NCBI GenBank assembly: GCA_034670305.1
Contig: JAXMNT010000001.1
Span: 1 to 64,000 of the forward strand
DNA from: Deltaproteobacteria bacterium
Lineage (GTDB): Bacteria; Myxococcota_A; Polyangia; Polyangiales; Houyiibacteriaceae
Direction: 5' to 3'
DNA: 64,000 bases
Below are positions 31,626-41,439 of the stretch, one piece after another (within the stretch, counting starts at the first letter, position 1; the number at the start of each line of letters is the position of its first letter). The notes beneath the pieces were generated by a model. That model worked only from the letters and a program-made list of their open reading frames with translations. It made no database searches and was not told the origin of the DNA. The position numbers were made by a program, and so were the translations under genes.

Positions 31626-31692
31626 GATGATGTTTGGTGAACGTGTCGAGCTGAACTCTGGAGGTCAGCACGGGGCGGCGCGGGCGCCGTGA

Positions 31693-33279
31693 CTACGCGA
31701 GGGGGCGCGGTCGGAAGTCGAACGCTTCGTCGGGCATCGGGGCGCCGAACGTGCGGAGTTGGTGGGCGCGCGTGCCGGCGGCCGCACCTTCGAGCAGGTT
31801 GAGTGCGATCTGCACCACCGTCCGTGCTTCGGGCGGCTCGAGAAAACTGCCGCGGACCCAGTCGTTGAACGCGGCCATCGCGGGGCCGCACCAGATCTGG
31901 TAGTCGAGCCGCCGGCCTGCGTCGCCGACGATGGCCCACCGGCTCGAGAGCCCGAGGTACCAGCGGAACACCAGCGCCATCTCGTGTTTCGGATCGCGCG
32001 CGGCGCGCTCGTTTTCGCGCGGATCGCGGTCGGTCCAGAACGCGCGGGTCGAATCGCGGACTTCGGCGAGCGGGGCACCGAGCACCTCGCGTTCGAGTTT
32101 TGCGACGACCTCCGGCGCGATCGCGTCGAGCCCCGGGTGCGCGATGTAGAGGTCGTAGAGGCGCTGGGATCGCGGTCCGAACATCGTGCCGCGTTTGAGC
32201 ACCTGGACCTCGACCCCCATCTCGAACATGTCGGCGGCCGGCGCCATCATCACATCGCCCATGCCCGCTTGGGCGAGCAGCGCTTTGCCCGCGGGGGAGA
32301 GACCGGATTCGATCGCGCTCTGGTTCACGCTGCCGGTGAGCACATACGCGGCGCCGAGCGAGAACGCGGCGGCGACGGATCGAGGCGTGCCGAGACCGCC
32401 TGCCGCGCCGACGCGGATCGGCCGGGCGTAGCCGCGTTCGCGCTGCACCCGATCGCGCAGTCGGCAGACCACCGGGAGGACCGCGGTGAGTGCTTGGTTG
32501 TCGGTGTGCCCACCCGAGTCCGCTTCGACGGTGATGTCTTCGGCGACCGGGACTTCGCTCGCGAGCGCGGCTTCGTCGGCGGTGATCGCTCCGTCGCGTA
32601 CCAGCGTGGCGAGCATCTCGGCGGGCGCCGGTTGCATGAACCGCGCGGCCACTTCTGGGCGGCTGACCTTCGCGAACACGTGGTGGCGTCGCGCGACGGA
32701 ACCATCACCCGCGCGCTTCAGTCCGGAGACGGCGACCTTCACCAGCGGCAGGGTCAGACCCATGTACGCGGACGCGGAGACGAACCGGACGCCGCGCTGG
32801 ATGAACAGGTCCGCGACCGCGGCCTCGAGCGAAGGTTCGTTCGGCGAGTGAATGAGGTTGGCACCCCACACGCCGTCGCCGAGCGCGTCGCGCATCTCGT
32901 CGAGGCCGCGCGTCACGCGATCGGCGGTGAGACCGGCGGCACCGAAGAAGCCGAGCATGCCCGCGCGCGACATCGCGATGACGAGTTCGGCGGTGGCGAT
33001 GCCGTTGGCCATCGCGCCCGCGACGTACGGGAACCGCACGCCGTGCACTTCGTTGAACGCGCGGTCGCCGAGCCACTCGGGGTAGAGCGGCGGGAGCGTG
33101 GCGATCGTTTGCTGCGTTTGGTCGAACTGCACGCCGACCCGGCCGTCCGCGGCACGCACCACGTGGGTGGTCTCTCGGAACCTCGCGGCCGCCTGCGCGA
33201 GGCCGTCGCGGTCGAACACCGGTCGGTCGGTCGCGTGCACGGGGGCCGCGCCGCCGGTTGCGCGTTGAAGCGAGGGCAT
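31693..33279 (-). CDS. pfa1: PUFA synthase enoyl reductase Pfa1 (PfaD-like)
   Basis: AGAMANGIA, EADSGGHTDN, GAAGGLGTP, MAPAADMFEMG, DYQIWCGPAMAAFNDW. Confidence 0.95.
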   Translation of the reverse strand: MPSLQRATGGAAPVHATDRPVFDRDGLAQAAARFRETTHVVRAADGRVGVQFDQTQQTIATLPPLYPEWLGDRAFNEVHGVRFPYVAGAMANGIATAELVIAMSRAGMLGFFGAAGLTADRVTRGLDEMRDALGDGVWGANLIHSPNEPSLEAAVADLFIQRGVRFVSASAYMGLTLPLVKVAVSGLKRAGDGSVARRHHVFAKVSRPEVAARFMQPAPAEMLATLVRDGAITADEAALASEVPVAEDITVEADSGGHTDNQALTAVLPVVCRLRDRVQRERGYARPIRVGAAGGLGTPRSVAAAFSLGAAYVLTGSVNQSAIESGLSPAGKALLAQAGMGDVMMAPAADMFEMGVEVQVLKRGTMFGPRSQRLYDLYIAHPGLDAIAPEVVAKLEREVLGAPLAEVRDSTRAFWTDRDPRENERAARDPKHEMALVFRWYLGLSSRWAIVGDAGRRLDYQIWCGPAMAAFNDWVRGSFLEPPEARTVVQIALNLLEGAAAGTRAHQLRTFGAPMPDEAFDFRPRPLA

Positions 33280-33459
33280 GAAGCAGGTCTACCGCCTGAC
33301 TCCCCCTTGTTCTGTCATCGTTTCGTCATTCCCGCGCCGGGGCGAGAGAGATCACAGAGCGGTCACGGAACAGACCCAAAAACGTCGATGGCTGGAGTCG
33401 AAATCCGTGCCGGATCCGTCACCACATCGGGTACGACGCGTTGCGTCAGCGACAGGTGT

Positions 33460-34137
33460 TCAGCGGACGCGGCTCAGCGTCCACCGCCGCGCGTCCGCGC
33501 ACTGCTCGAGCGTCGACGCCCAGGTCTCGGCGTCGTCCGTGCAGACCTCGTTGCGGCGGGCATGGTCGACTTGCCGTCGCAGGGTCCAGCCCTCGGCGGT
33601 TCGTTCGAACCAGGTCCGGTACCGGAGCGCGACACAGGACGCTCGAAGGCTGCGCACGACATGCAGATCGTAGACGTAGCTCTCCGAATCGGCTCCAGGC
33701 GCCCGCTCGAGCGCGACCGGGAACACCATGGCGTTCTGCCAGTCGACCTCGGCCCCGGGCTGGGGGCATTCGTCGCAGGTCTCGAGCAAGAGCGAGAGCG
33801 GGATCGGCGGTGGCCCGATGCCGAGGCTGTGCCGTTGCGCGACCAGCGCACAGGTCGGGTCGTCCGCACACCCGTGCAGCACGACGCTCTGCAGCGGACC
33901 TCCTCGCAGCACGAAGAACGGCACCTCGCTGAGGTCGCCTTCTTCGAGCACACAACCGGACTCTGCGGTGTCCACTCGGTAACGCCCAACCACATCGTGT
34001 TCGGCCCGGGCGTCGGACGATCGACCCGCGCGCATCCACACGAAGACCAGGCCGGCGAGGATCACGCACGCCGCGATCGACGCTTGCCACACCGCCTTGG
34101 GCACGGCCGCGAAGACCGACGGACCATGCTCGGGCAC
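33460..34137 (-). CDS. hypothetical membrane-anchored protein
   Basis: N-terminal TM, Cys-containing soluble domain, starts 8 bp after the tolB stop. Confidence 0.65.
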   Translation of the reverse strand: MPEHGPSVFAAVPKAVWQASIAACVILAGLVFVWMRAGRSSDARAEHDVVGRYRVDTAESGCVLEEGDLSEVPFFVLRGGPLQSVVLHGCADDPTCALVAQRHSLGIGPPPIPLSLLLETCDECPQPGAEVDWQNAMVFPVALERAPGADSESYVYDLHVVRSLRASCVALRYRTWFERTAEGWTLRRQVDHARRNEVCTDDAETWASTLEQCADARRWTLSRVR

Positions 34138-34144
34138 GCTGGTT

Positions 34145-35422
34145 TCAGCGCCAGCGCAACGTTTCGGCCGCGCCTCGGATCACCATGTTCTGGTTCAACC
34201 CCTCGGGGTTGGAGACGAAGATGCCGCCGCGGCTCGAGCTGAAGGCCACCATGCGGCAATCGGGCGAGAACGCCGGGTCCTTGTTGGTGCCCTGGCCCTG
34301 GGTGAGGCGGCGGTATTCCTGGGTCGCGATGTTGACGGTGAAGATGTCCATGCCGCCGCTGCGTCCGGTGAACGCGATGAGGCCGCCCCGCTGACACCAC
34401 TGCGGCGTCTGGTTGTGGGCGCCCCGGAAGGTCACTCGGCGCACGCCGCTGCCGTTGCCGTTCATCACGAAGATCTGCGGCGAGCCGTGCCGGGTGCTGA
34501 CGAACGCGATCCGTCCGCCCGGCCCACACGCGGGGCTCACGTCGATGGCGGGGTGGCGGGTGATGCGGCGCACGTTCGAGCCGTCGACGTCGGCGGCGTA
34601 GATCTCAGAGTTGCCGTCGCGGGTCGAGGTGAAGAACACGCGGCCGCCGCACACACTCGGGCCCATGTTCAGTCCGTCGCCGTCGATGATGCGGCGGTCG
34701 TTCGCGTTCGAGTGGGTGATGAACATGCCGGTCTCGGTGAGCCGGCTGAACCACACTCCACCCGGACCGAAGCTCGGCAACATGCTCACGCCTTGGCCGC
34801 TCGAGACCCGGCCTTCTTGGTGCCCATCCCAGTGCGCGACGTAGACGTCCTTGCGACCCGGACCTGCGCGCCGACCGAAGGTGATGCGGCTGTTGAAGGC
34901 GCCCGCTTGTCCGGTCAGAACCCGCAGCACTTCGTTCGCGAACTCGTGCATGAACCCGCGCAGTTCGCCTTCGCCGCCTCGGTAGGTGCGCTGGAGCGTG
35001 GGGCTTCCGCCGCGCGCGATCTCGTACAGGCGCATCTCGACTTCGATCTGGTTGCCGGTCTGCCGGATCTCCCCCTTGATCACGCCCTGCGCGCCCACCG
35101 CGGTCCAGGCCGCCGGCGCGATCTCGAGGCCTTCCCGTTCCAGGTCCGCGATGAACGAACGCGAGTCGAGCACCTGGAAGAGGGAGACAAGCGAGAGGTC
35201 GTTGCGAATCACGCCTGCGCCGCCGGCACCCATGGCCGCGGGACCGCGCAGGTTCGGGATCGCGATCTTGTAGAGCGCGCGCTCCGGCGAGTCGATTTCG
35301 ATCACGACGCCCCGCTCGGGGAGCGGTTCGTCCGCCTGCTCCTGGGAATGGCCGGGGTGGGAGACCACGGCGATCGAGACGCACGCGAGGGAGGCGGCGA
35401 GGATGGCGGGGAGACGTTTCAC
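34145..35422 (-). CDS. tolB: TolB-like periplasmic beta-propeller
   Basis: TolB N-domain (IAIP, IRNDL.L..LF, HEFANEV..LTG..GAF.SRI) plus PD40 repeats (STRDGNSEIY, PAFSPD). GTG start. Confidence 0.9.
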   Translation of the reverse strand: MKRLPAILAASLACVSIAVVSHPGHSQEQADEPLPERGVVIEIDSPERALYKIAIPNLRGPAAMGAGGAGVIRNDLSLVSLFQVLDSRSFIADLEREGLEIAPAAWTAVGAQGVIKGEIRQTGNQIEVEMRLYEIARGGSPTLQRTYRGGEGELRGFMHEFANEVLRVLTGQAGAFNSRITFGRRAGPGRKDVYVAHWDGHQEGRVSSGQGVSMLPSFGPGGVWFSRLTETGMFITHSNANDRRIIDGDGLNMGPSVCGGRVFFTSTRDGNSEIYAADVDGSNVRRITRHPAIDVSPACGPGGRIAFVSTRHGSPQIFVMNGNGSGVRRVTFRGAHNQTPQWCQRGGLIAFTGRSGGMDIFTVNIATQEYRRLTQGQGTNKDPAFSPDCRMVAFSSSRGGIFVSNPEGLNQNMVIRGAAETLRWR

Positions 35423-35557
35423 AAGAGCTCCAATAGGGCGTTCGGTCAGAGAACCGAAGGGTAGACGAGACTGACCCAACTTCGCTTCATCGGCCAGGCC
35501 CGTTGGGAGGGTGAAAAAAACCCCAATTTAGGGACGCTACGTTGATATAGTTCCAGT

Positions 35558-37777
35558 ATGAATAGAAGAACCGCCCTCCTCGCCTTACTCCTCTCCACCG
35601 GTCTCGCCTGCGGCGACGACGACGTTTCCACCATGGATACAGGTGGAATCGACGGAGGCGCCGCCTGTGCGGTGGGCGAGACCATGTGTGGCGCCGACTG
35701 TGTCAACATCGACAACGATCTTGACCATTGTGGGGGATGCGGCGTGGCCTGCGGGGCGGGGGAAGTCTGCTCGGCCGGACGCTGCGGGCTCACGTGCAGC
35801 GGCGGCACCACCCGCTGTGGCGATGCGTGCGTGGCCACGGCCAACGACCCGGCCCACTGCGGGGGTTGCGACGTCGCGTGCGCAGACGGCGAAGTCTGCT
35901 CGGCCGGCGCATGCGGTCTGAGCTGCAGCGGCGGCACCACGATGTGCGGCGACGTGTGTGTGGTGACGGACACCGACCCGGCCCACTGCGGCGGGTGCGA
36001 TGTCGCGTGCGACGCCGGCGAAGTCTGTTCGGCCGGCAGCTGCGGACTGAGCTGCAGCGGGGGCACGACGATGTGCGGCGACCTCTGTGTCGAGACCGAC
36101 AACAACCCGGCGCACTGCGGCGGTTGTGATGTGGCCTGCGACGCGGGCGACGTCTGCTCCGCCGGCGCCTGTGGTCTGAGCTGCAGCGGCGGCACGACGA
36201 TGTGCGGCGACCTCTGCGTCGAGACCGACAACGACCCGGCGCACTGCGGCGGCTGCGACGTCGCGTGCGACGCGGGCGACGTCTGCTCGGGCGGCACCTG
36301 TGGTCTGAGCTGCAGCGGCGGCACGACGATGTGCGGCGACCTCTGCGTCGAGACCGACAACGACCCGGCGCACTGCGGCGGCTGCGACGTGGCGTGTGCG
36401 GCCGGCGAGGTCTGTTCGATGGGCGCGTGTGGTCTGACCTGCCTCGGCGGCTCGACGATGTGCGGTGACTCGTGCGTGGACACAGTCAACGACCCGGCGC
36501 ACTGCGGCGGCTGCGACGTGGCGTGTGCGGCCGGCGAGGTCTGTTCGATGGGCGCGTGTGGTCTGACCTGCCTCGGCGGCTCGACGATGTGCGGCGACTC
36601 GTGCGTCGACACCCGATCCGACCCCGCGCACTGCGGCGGATGCGATGCGGCCTGCGCGGCCGGCACGGTGTGTTCGATGGGCGCCTGTTCGGTGACCTGC
36701 CTCGGCGGCTCGACCCTGTGCGGCACCGACTGCGTCGACACCACGAACGATGGAGCGAACTGCGGCGGATGCGGCATGGCCTGTGGGGCCGGCGAAGTCT
36801 GTTCGATGGGATCCTGCGGCGTCGTCTGCCTCGGTGGCGCGACCGCGTGCGGCACCGACTGCGTCGACACGACCAACGACCCGGCGCACTGCGGCGGATG
36901 CGACACCGCGTGCGGCGCCGGCGAGGTGTGCACGATGGGCACCTGTGCGGTCACTTGCCTCGGCGGTTCGACCATGTGCGGCAGCGGCTGCGTGGACACC
37001 GACAGCGATCCGGCGCACTGCGGCGGATGCGATGCGGCGTGTGCCGGGGACGAGTACTGCGACGCGGGCACCTGCACGCCGGACTGTCCGGCGCCCCTGT
37101 CGGTGTGCGGTGCAAGCTGCACCAACACGGCGAACGACCCGCTGCACTGCGGCGGTTGCGGCATGGCGTGCGGCGCGCGCGAGGCCTGTGTCTCGGGCAC
37201 TTGCGCGATGCTCGCGAGCTCCTGCGACGCATTCCCCGGCCCGGATGGCACCGTGGTGCCGGGCTGGACCGAGCGGACGGGCGACTTCTTCCTCTCCAGC
37301 AACCAGCTCGGCATCACCACCACGGGCGGCAGCTACACCAACCACATCACGATGGACGGCACGACGCACGACGACGGCTGCGCGAGCATGACCGCCAACT
37401 ACGGCAACGGCAGCGGCGTTCGTTCGCTCGGCATCGTGCTTCGCTGGACCGCGCCCAACAGCTACATCGTCGCGGTCATTCAAGACAACTCGAGTTCGGG
37501 CACCTTCAACTCCATGTGGATCTACGAGGCGAGTCCGGGCATCACCCACCTCAACGGAACCTCTGGGTTAGCGCTCGGAACCAACCCCGAAGTTCGGGCG
37601 AGCGTCACTGGGACGACGGTCCTGCTCGAGGTCGACGTCGACCGAGACGGTACCTACGACGAGACGATGACCGCGACCACCTCACGCACCGCGCCAGGCC
37701 TCGCCGGCATGATGCACTTGACCTTCAACGCGGGCCAATCGCCCTTGGTCGAAGAGTTCTGTCCGACCTGCTCCTGA
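35558..37777 (+). CDS. Cys-rich lipoprotein with 12 x 43-aa Stig1-like repeats and a C-terminal beta domain
   Basis: Lipobox GLAC, repeat [18 protein letters not shown]...C, ends EEFCPTCS. Confidence 0.9.
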   Translation: MNRRTALLALLLSTGLACGDDDVSTMDTGGIDGGAACAVGETMCGADCVNIDNDLDHCGGCGVACGAGEVCSAGRCGLTCSGGTTRCGDACVATANDPAHCGGCDVACADGEVCSAGACGLSCSGGTTMCGDVCVVTDTDPAHCGGCDVACDAGEVCSAGSCGLSCSGGTTMCGDLCVETDNNPAHCGGCDVACDAGDVCSAGACGLSCSGGTTMCGDLCVETDNDPAHCGGCDVACDAGDVCSGGTCGLSCSGGTTMCGDLCVETDNDPAHCGGCDVACAAGEVCSMGACGLTCLGGSTMCGDSCVDTVNDPAHCGGCDVACAAGEVCSMGACGLTCLGGSTMCGDSCVDTRSDPAHCGGCDAACAAGTVCSMGACSVTCLGGSTLCGTDCVDTTNDGANCGGCGMACGAGEVCSMGSCGVVCLGGATACGTDCVDTTNDPAHCGGCDTACGAGEVCTMGTCAVTCLGGSTMCGSGCVDTDSDPAHCGGCDAACAGDEYCDAGTCTPDCPAPLSVCGASCTNTANDPLHCGGCGMACGAREACVSGTCAMLASSCDAFPGPDGTVVPGWTERTGDFFLSSNQLGITTTGGSYTNHITMDGTTHDDGCASMTANYGNGSGVRSLGIVLRWTAPNSYIVAVIQDNSSSGTFNSMWIYEASPGITHLNGTSGLALGTNPEVRASVTGTTVLLEVDVDRDGTYDETMTATTSRTAPGLAGMMHLTFNAGQSPLVEEFCPTCS

Positions 37778-37797
37778 ACCAGGAATCGTAGCGACTG

Positions 37798-37829
37798 GCG
37801 GCCGTCCGAGAGGGCGGCCGCTTTCGTTT
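37798..37829 (+). terminator. hairpin terminator with GAGA loop
   Basis: GCGGCCGTCC-GAGA-GGGCGGCCGC followed by TTTCGTTT. Confidence 0.7.
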
Positions 37830-37884
37830 GAAGCGGACTCGAGAAACTTTCCGACTGAGGCGCGGGCGCCGGTAAAATCGCCCG

Positions 37885-39450
37885 ATGCGCACAAAGTCCG
37901 CCCTCTTGGTTCTCTTGCTCTCCACCGGTCTTGCATGTGGGGACGACGACGTGGGCACCGTGGACAGCGGGGCGACCGACGGCGGCGCCGGCTGCCCCGG
38001 CACGATGTGCGGTGCTGCGTGTGTCGACCTCGGCACCGACATCGACCATTGCGGAGCGTGCGGTGCCATGTGCGCGGTGGGCGAAATCTGCTCGGCGGGC
38101 AGTTGCGGGCTCGTCTGCGGCGGCGGCACCACCCGCTGTGGCGACGCGTGCGTGGTGACCACCAGCGACCCGGCCCACTGTGGCGGGTGCGACGTCGCGT
38201 GTGAGGCGGGCGAGGTGTGCACGTCCGGCGTGTGTGGTCTGAGCTGCGGCGGAGGCACCACGATGTGCGGCGACGTCTGCGTGTCGACGGCCAGCGATCC
38301 GGCCCACTGCGGTGCGTGCGAGGTGGTCTGCGAGGCGGGCGAGGTCTGTTCGGGCGGCAGCTGTGGGCTCACATGTGGAGGCGGCACCACGATGTGCGGC
38401 GACGCGTGCGTCGAGACCGACAACAACCCGGCGCACTGCGGCGGGTGCGACGTTGCCTGTGGTGCAGACGAAGTGTGTTCGGCCGGGGTGTGCGGACTGA
38501 CCTGCTTCGGCAGCTCGACGCGCTGCGGCGATCGGTGTGTGGATCTCAACAACGACCCGTTCCACTGCGGCGGCTGCGATGTGGCATGCGCGGGCGGCGA
38601 AATCTGCAACGCGAGCATTTGCGAAGTCGTGTGCTTCGGCGGCTCGACGATGTGCGGGGACGTCTGTGCAGACACGGACAGCGACCCCGCGCACTGCGGC
38701 GCCTGCGACGCGGCCTGCGGCGACGGCGAGTTCTGCGACGCCGGCACCTGTGCGCCCGAGTGTCCAGCGCCGCTGACGGTGTGCGGTGCGAGCTGCACGA
38801 ACACCGCGCACGATCCGCTGAACTGCGGTGGCTGCGACATGGCGTGCGCGCCGGGTGAAGCGTGTGATGCAGGCACCTGCGCGAGGCTCGCGGGCGGATG
38901 CGACGGATTCAACGCGCCCGACGGCACCGATGTGCCTGGCTGGACGGAGCAGACTGGGGACTTCTTCCTCGACGCGGGCCGGGTCGGGCTGACCACGACC
39001 GGCGGCGTCTACCGCAACCACATGACGATGGACGGGACGATGCACGACGACGGCTGCGCGACCATGTCCATCAGCTACGGCGCGGGCTCGGGCCTCCGCT
39101 CGATCGGCATCGTGCTTCGCTGGACGTCTCCCACCAGCTACGTCGTTGCGCTCGTTCAAGACAACTCGAACTCGGGCACGTTCGACTCGATGTGGATCTA
39201 CGAATACAGCCCCACCAGCCGCCACCTCAACGGCACGTCCGGTTTCGCGCTCGGCACCAACCCCGAGATCCGGGCGAGCGTCACCGGGACCACGGTCCTG
39301 CTCGAGGTCGACGTCGACCGCGACGGCACCTACGACGAGACGATGACCGCCACCACATCCATCACCGGAAGCGGTCAGGCCGGGCTGATGCAACTCAGCT
39401 CTGCGTCCGGCACGGCGTTGGCCGAGGAGTTCTGCCCGACCTGCTCCTGA
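37885..39450 (+). CDS. tandem paralog of the upstream Cys-rich lipoprotein with 7 repeats
   Basis: Same signal ([13 protein letters not shown]), repeats and C-terminal domain, ending EEFCPTCS. Confidence 0.9.
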   Translation: MRTKSALLVLLLSTGLACGDDDVGTVDSGATDGGAGCPGTMCGAACVDLGTDIDHCGACGAMCAVGEICSAGSCGLVCGGGTTRCGDACVVTTSDPAHCGGCDVACEAGEVCTSGVCGLSCGGGTTMCGDVCVSTASDPAHCGACEVVCEAGEVCSGGSCGLTCGGGTTMCGDACVETDNNPAHCGGCDVACGADEVCSAGVCGLTCFGSSTRCGDRCVDLNNDPFHCGGCDVACAGGEICNASICEVVCFGGSTMCGDVCADTDSDPAHCGACDAACGDGEFCDAGTCAPECPAPLTVCGASCTNTAHDPLNCGGCDMACAPGEACDAGTCARLAGGCDGFNAPDGTDVPGWTEQTGDFFLDAGRVGLTTTGGVYRNHMTMDGTMHDDGCATMSISYGAGSGLRSIGIVLRWTSPTSYVVALVQDNSNSGTFDSMWIYEYSPTSRHLNGTSGFALGTNPEIRASVTGTTVLLEVDVDRDGTYDETMTATTSITGSGQAGLMQLSSASGTALAEEFCPTCS

Positions 39451-39467
39451 TCTCAGAACCCTGATGC

Positions 39468-39504
39468 GCCGGCCGTCCGAGAGGGCGGCCGGCCGGCGTT
39501 CTTT
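39468..39504 (+). terminator. duplicated hairpin terminator
   Basis: GCCGGCCGTCC-GAGA-GGGCGGCCGGC, same core as the hairpin at 37798. Confidence 0.65.
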
Positions 39505-39509
39505 GAGGA

Positions 39510-39749
39510 GCGGAAGCGGAAGCGGAAGCCTGAAGCTGAAGCCGAAGCCAAAGCCGAAGCCGAAGCCGAATCCGAATCCGAAGCCGAAGCCGAAGCCGAA
39601 GCCGAAGCCGAAGCCGATTCCGAAGCCGACGCCGAAGACGCCGAAGCCGAAGCCGAAGCCGAAGCCGAAGCCGAAGACGCCGAAGCCGACGGCGAATCCG
39701 AAGCCGAAGCCGACGCCGCCGACGACGCCGAAGCCGATGCCATGCCGAC
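39510..39749 (+). repeat. intergenic hexamer array (GCGGAA)n-(GCCGAA)n
   Basis: Read directly. Lies between convergent genes. Confidence 0.95.
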
Positions 39750-39819
39750 CTGGTTTCAGGGGCAAGGTTGGGTTCGGGCCGACGAAGTCGGCCCATGCCG
39801 AAGCCCGCAGGGCTTTGGC

Positions 39820-40518
39820 TTAGAGGATGCTGCCTTCGACTCGGACGCTCATGCGGACCTGCACGTCGATGGCGCCTTCGGGCCAGCGCTGGCCGGGGTC
39901 GAGGTCGACGGTGGTGCGGGTGAAGAAGCGGAAGCGGTGGCTGGTGGTCTCGAAGTGGCTGCTGAACGCGGCGTTGCCGGCGGCGTCGAGGGTGATCGCG
40001 CCTTCGCCGGTCGTGCCGGCGTCGACCGCGGGCACCGTGCCGAGGAGGTGCACGCCGGGCGAGTCGATGTCGACGGCGCCGGCCGGGCCCCAGTAGATCT
40101 CCAGCGGCTCGGTCGGAATGGTCAGCGTGTTGCGCTCGATGTTGTAGTCGAGGGCGAGGATCTCGATCGTGTCGATGCTCGAGAAGATCTCGCCCACGTC
40201 TCCGGCCAGTTCATCGATGTCTGCGTCACCGACCACCGCGGAGACGGTCTGCGCGGCCGGGTCGCAGGTTCCGGCTTCGCAGGTGATGGGCACGTCGCCC
40301 GAGGATGGGCACATGCCCATGGGACCGCAGGGCAGGGCGCGCACGCGGTCGCCGGAAGGATCCTCTTCCCGAAGCTCCATCGGGAGCGCGAAATCCGCGG
40401 TGTCGAGCGATGCCTCGACGCCGACGGGGAAGGTCGCGGACGCGCCGCCCGCGCAACTCGCGGAGAGGCCGCACAGGCCGAGAAAAAGGAAGACGCTGCC
40501 GAATCGATCGAGAGACAT
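39820..40518 (-). CDS. hypothetical lipoprotein
   Basis: Signal [22 protein letters not shown], acidic beta-rich body. Confidence 0.75.
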   Translation of the reverse strand: MSLDRFGSVFLFLGLCGLSASCAGGASATFPVGVEASLDTADFALPMELREEDPSGDRVRALPCGPMGMCPSSGDVPITCEAGTCDPAAQTVSAVVGDADIDELAGDVGEIFSSIDTIEILALDYNIERNTLTIPTEPLEIYWGPAGAVDIDSPGVHLLGTVPAVDAGTTGEGAITLDAAGNAAFSSHFETTSHRFRFFTRTTVDLDPGQRWPEGAIDVQVRMSVRVEGSIL

Positions 40519-40661
40519 GCCCCGATGGTAGTGGAGACGGCCGCGAGAGGCACCGTTTGTGGAGGAACCACGGCGCGAGTTGCGGCACCGACGCCCGAAC
40601 TCCACGTGGTTGGAGCTCAGCGCTTGAAAGGGTGCGCGGCGAGAAGGTTCGCGCGTAGAAC

Positions 40662-41243
40662 TCAGGGACGCGGTGTGAGGTTGAACGGCACGCTGACGTC
40701 GGCGCAGTTGCCGGCGACCGCGGGGAACGTCCACGACTGCGCCAAGCGGCGCACACACGCGAAGACTTCGTTGTCGCGGAGCGAACCGCCGACCCGCACC
40801 TGCTCCACCGCGCCGGTTCGGCCGATGCGGAGCGTGACGTTGACCCGTCCTTGTAGGACGTTGTTCACCTTCAGGCGTCGCTCGTAACAGCTTCGCACCT
40901 GAGAGCGGTGCTGCGCGATGACGCTGGTCAGACCGGCGCGATCGACCTGTCCGTTGCACTCGACGACGCGCACACGCATCGTGCTCATCATCGTGGTCTC
41001 GACCTCTTCGGGACCCGTGTCGGGATCACCGGCGTCGGGTTCTTCCTCGGGGATCTCGATCTCGGGCTCGAACGTGTTCGTGCGAAGGGCCACGCCCGCG
41101 TCTTCGGGCACGTTGGCCACTGGCTCTGGCTCGGGTTCTTGGGTGAGACAGTAGAGCCCCCCAGCCCCCAGCAACAGAAGCAGACCCAATAGTGCGTATC
41201 GCATGCCCCCTCCGGTCGGGGGCGGCGGCGTCGACTCAGTCAA
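40662..41243 (-). CDS. membrane-anchored protein with AgmX/PglI-like (TonB-C-like) C-terminal domain
   Basis: TM helix, acidic linker, VRSCYERRL....LQGRV....I...G.V, CV......WTFP. GAGG RBS before the TTG. Confidence 0.85.
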   Translation of the reverse strand: MTESTPPPPTGGGMRYALLGLLLLLGAGGLYCLTQEPEPEPVANVPEDAGVALRTNTFEPEIEIPEEEPDAGDPDTGPEEVETTMMSTMRVRVVECNGQVDRAGLTSVIAQHRSQVRSCYERRLKVNNVLQGRVNVTLRIGRTGAVEQVRVGGSLRDNEVFACVRRLAQSWTFPAVAGNCADVSVPFNLTPRP

Positions 41244-41439
41244 GACGTTCCCTCTCTGTGGCCGGCGACCTTAGCAGGGATCATTGAGGATGGTGTTCTA
41301 TTTGTCGGAAGCCCCAAACGAGACTCTTTCGCCGGTTCGGACCTTGGGTCGCTGGGCTCGAGGCGAACAGCTGCGATGGGCCGCCGCCGGGTCTCGCGAC
41401 GCGCACCAGGTTCGGATGGGAGAAGGTATAGTCCGCGCC

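Noticed and set aside
19280-31640. Very long alternative-frame and antisense ORFs (1455, 1170, 1159, 1047 aa)
   Set aside because: Typical stop-poor shadows of GC-rich genes, with no motifs.
3013-39450. Genetic-code reassignment (ATG read as Lys) as the cause of the Met/Lys pattern
   Set aside because: Cytoplasmic enzymes use AAG for conserved catalytic Lys (kinase AVK, Walker A GK) and ATG for conserved Met, so the standard code holds.
39453-39823. Small PKPKP, SASAS or RSRSR proteins over hexamer arrays (also at 44.7, 46.8 and 51.3 kb)
   Set aside because: They are translations of nearly stop-free repeats in several frames, with no RBS or domain support.
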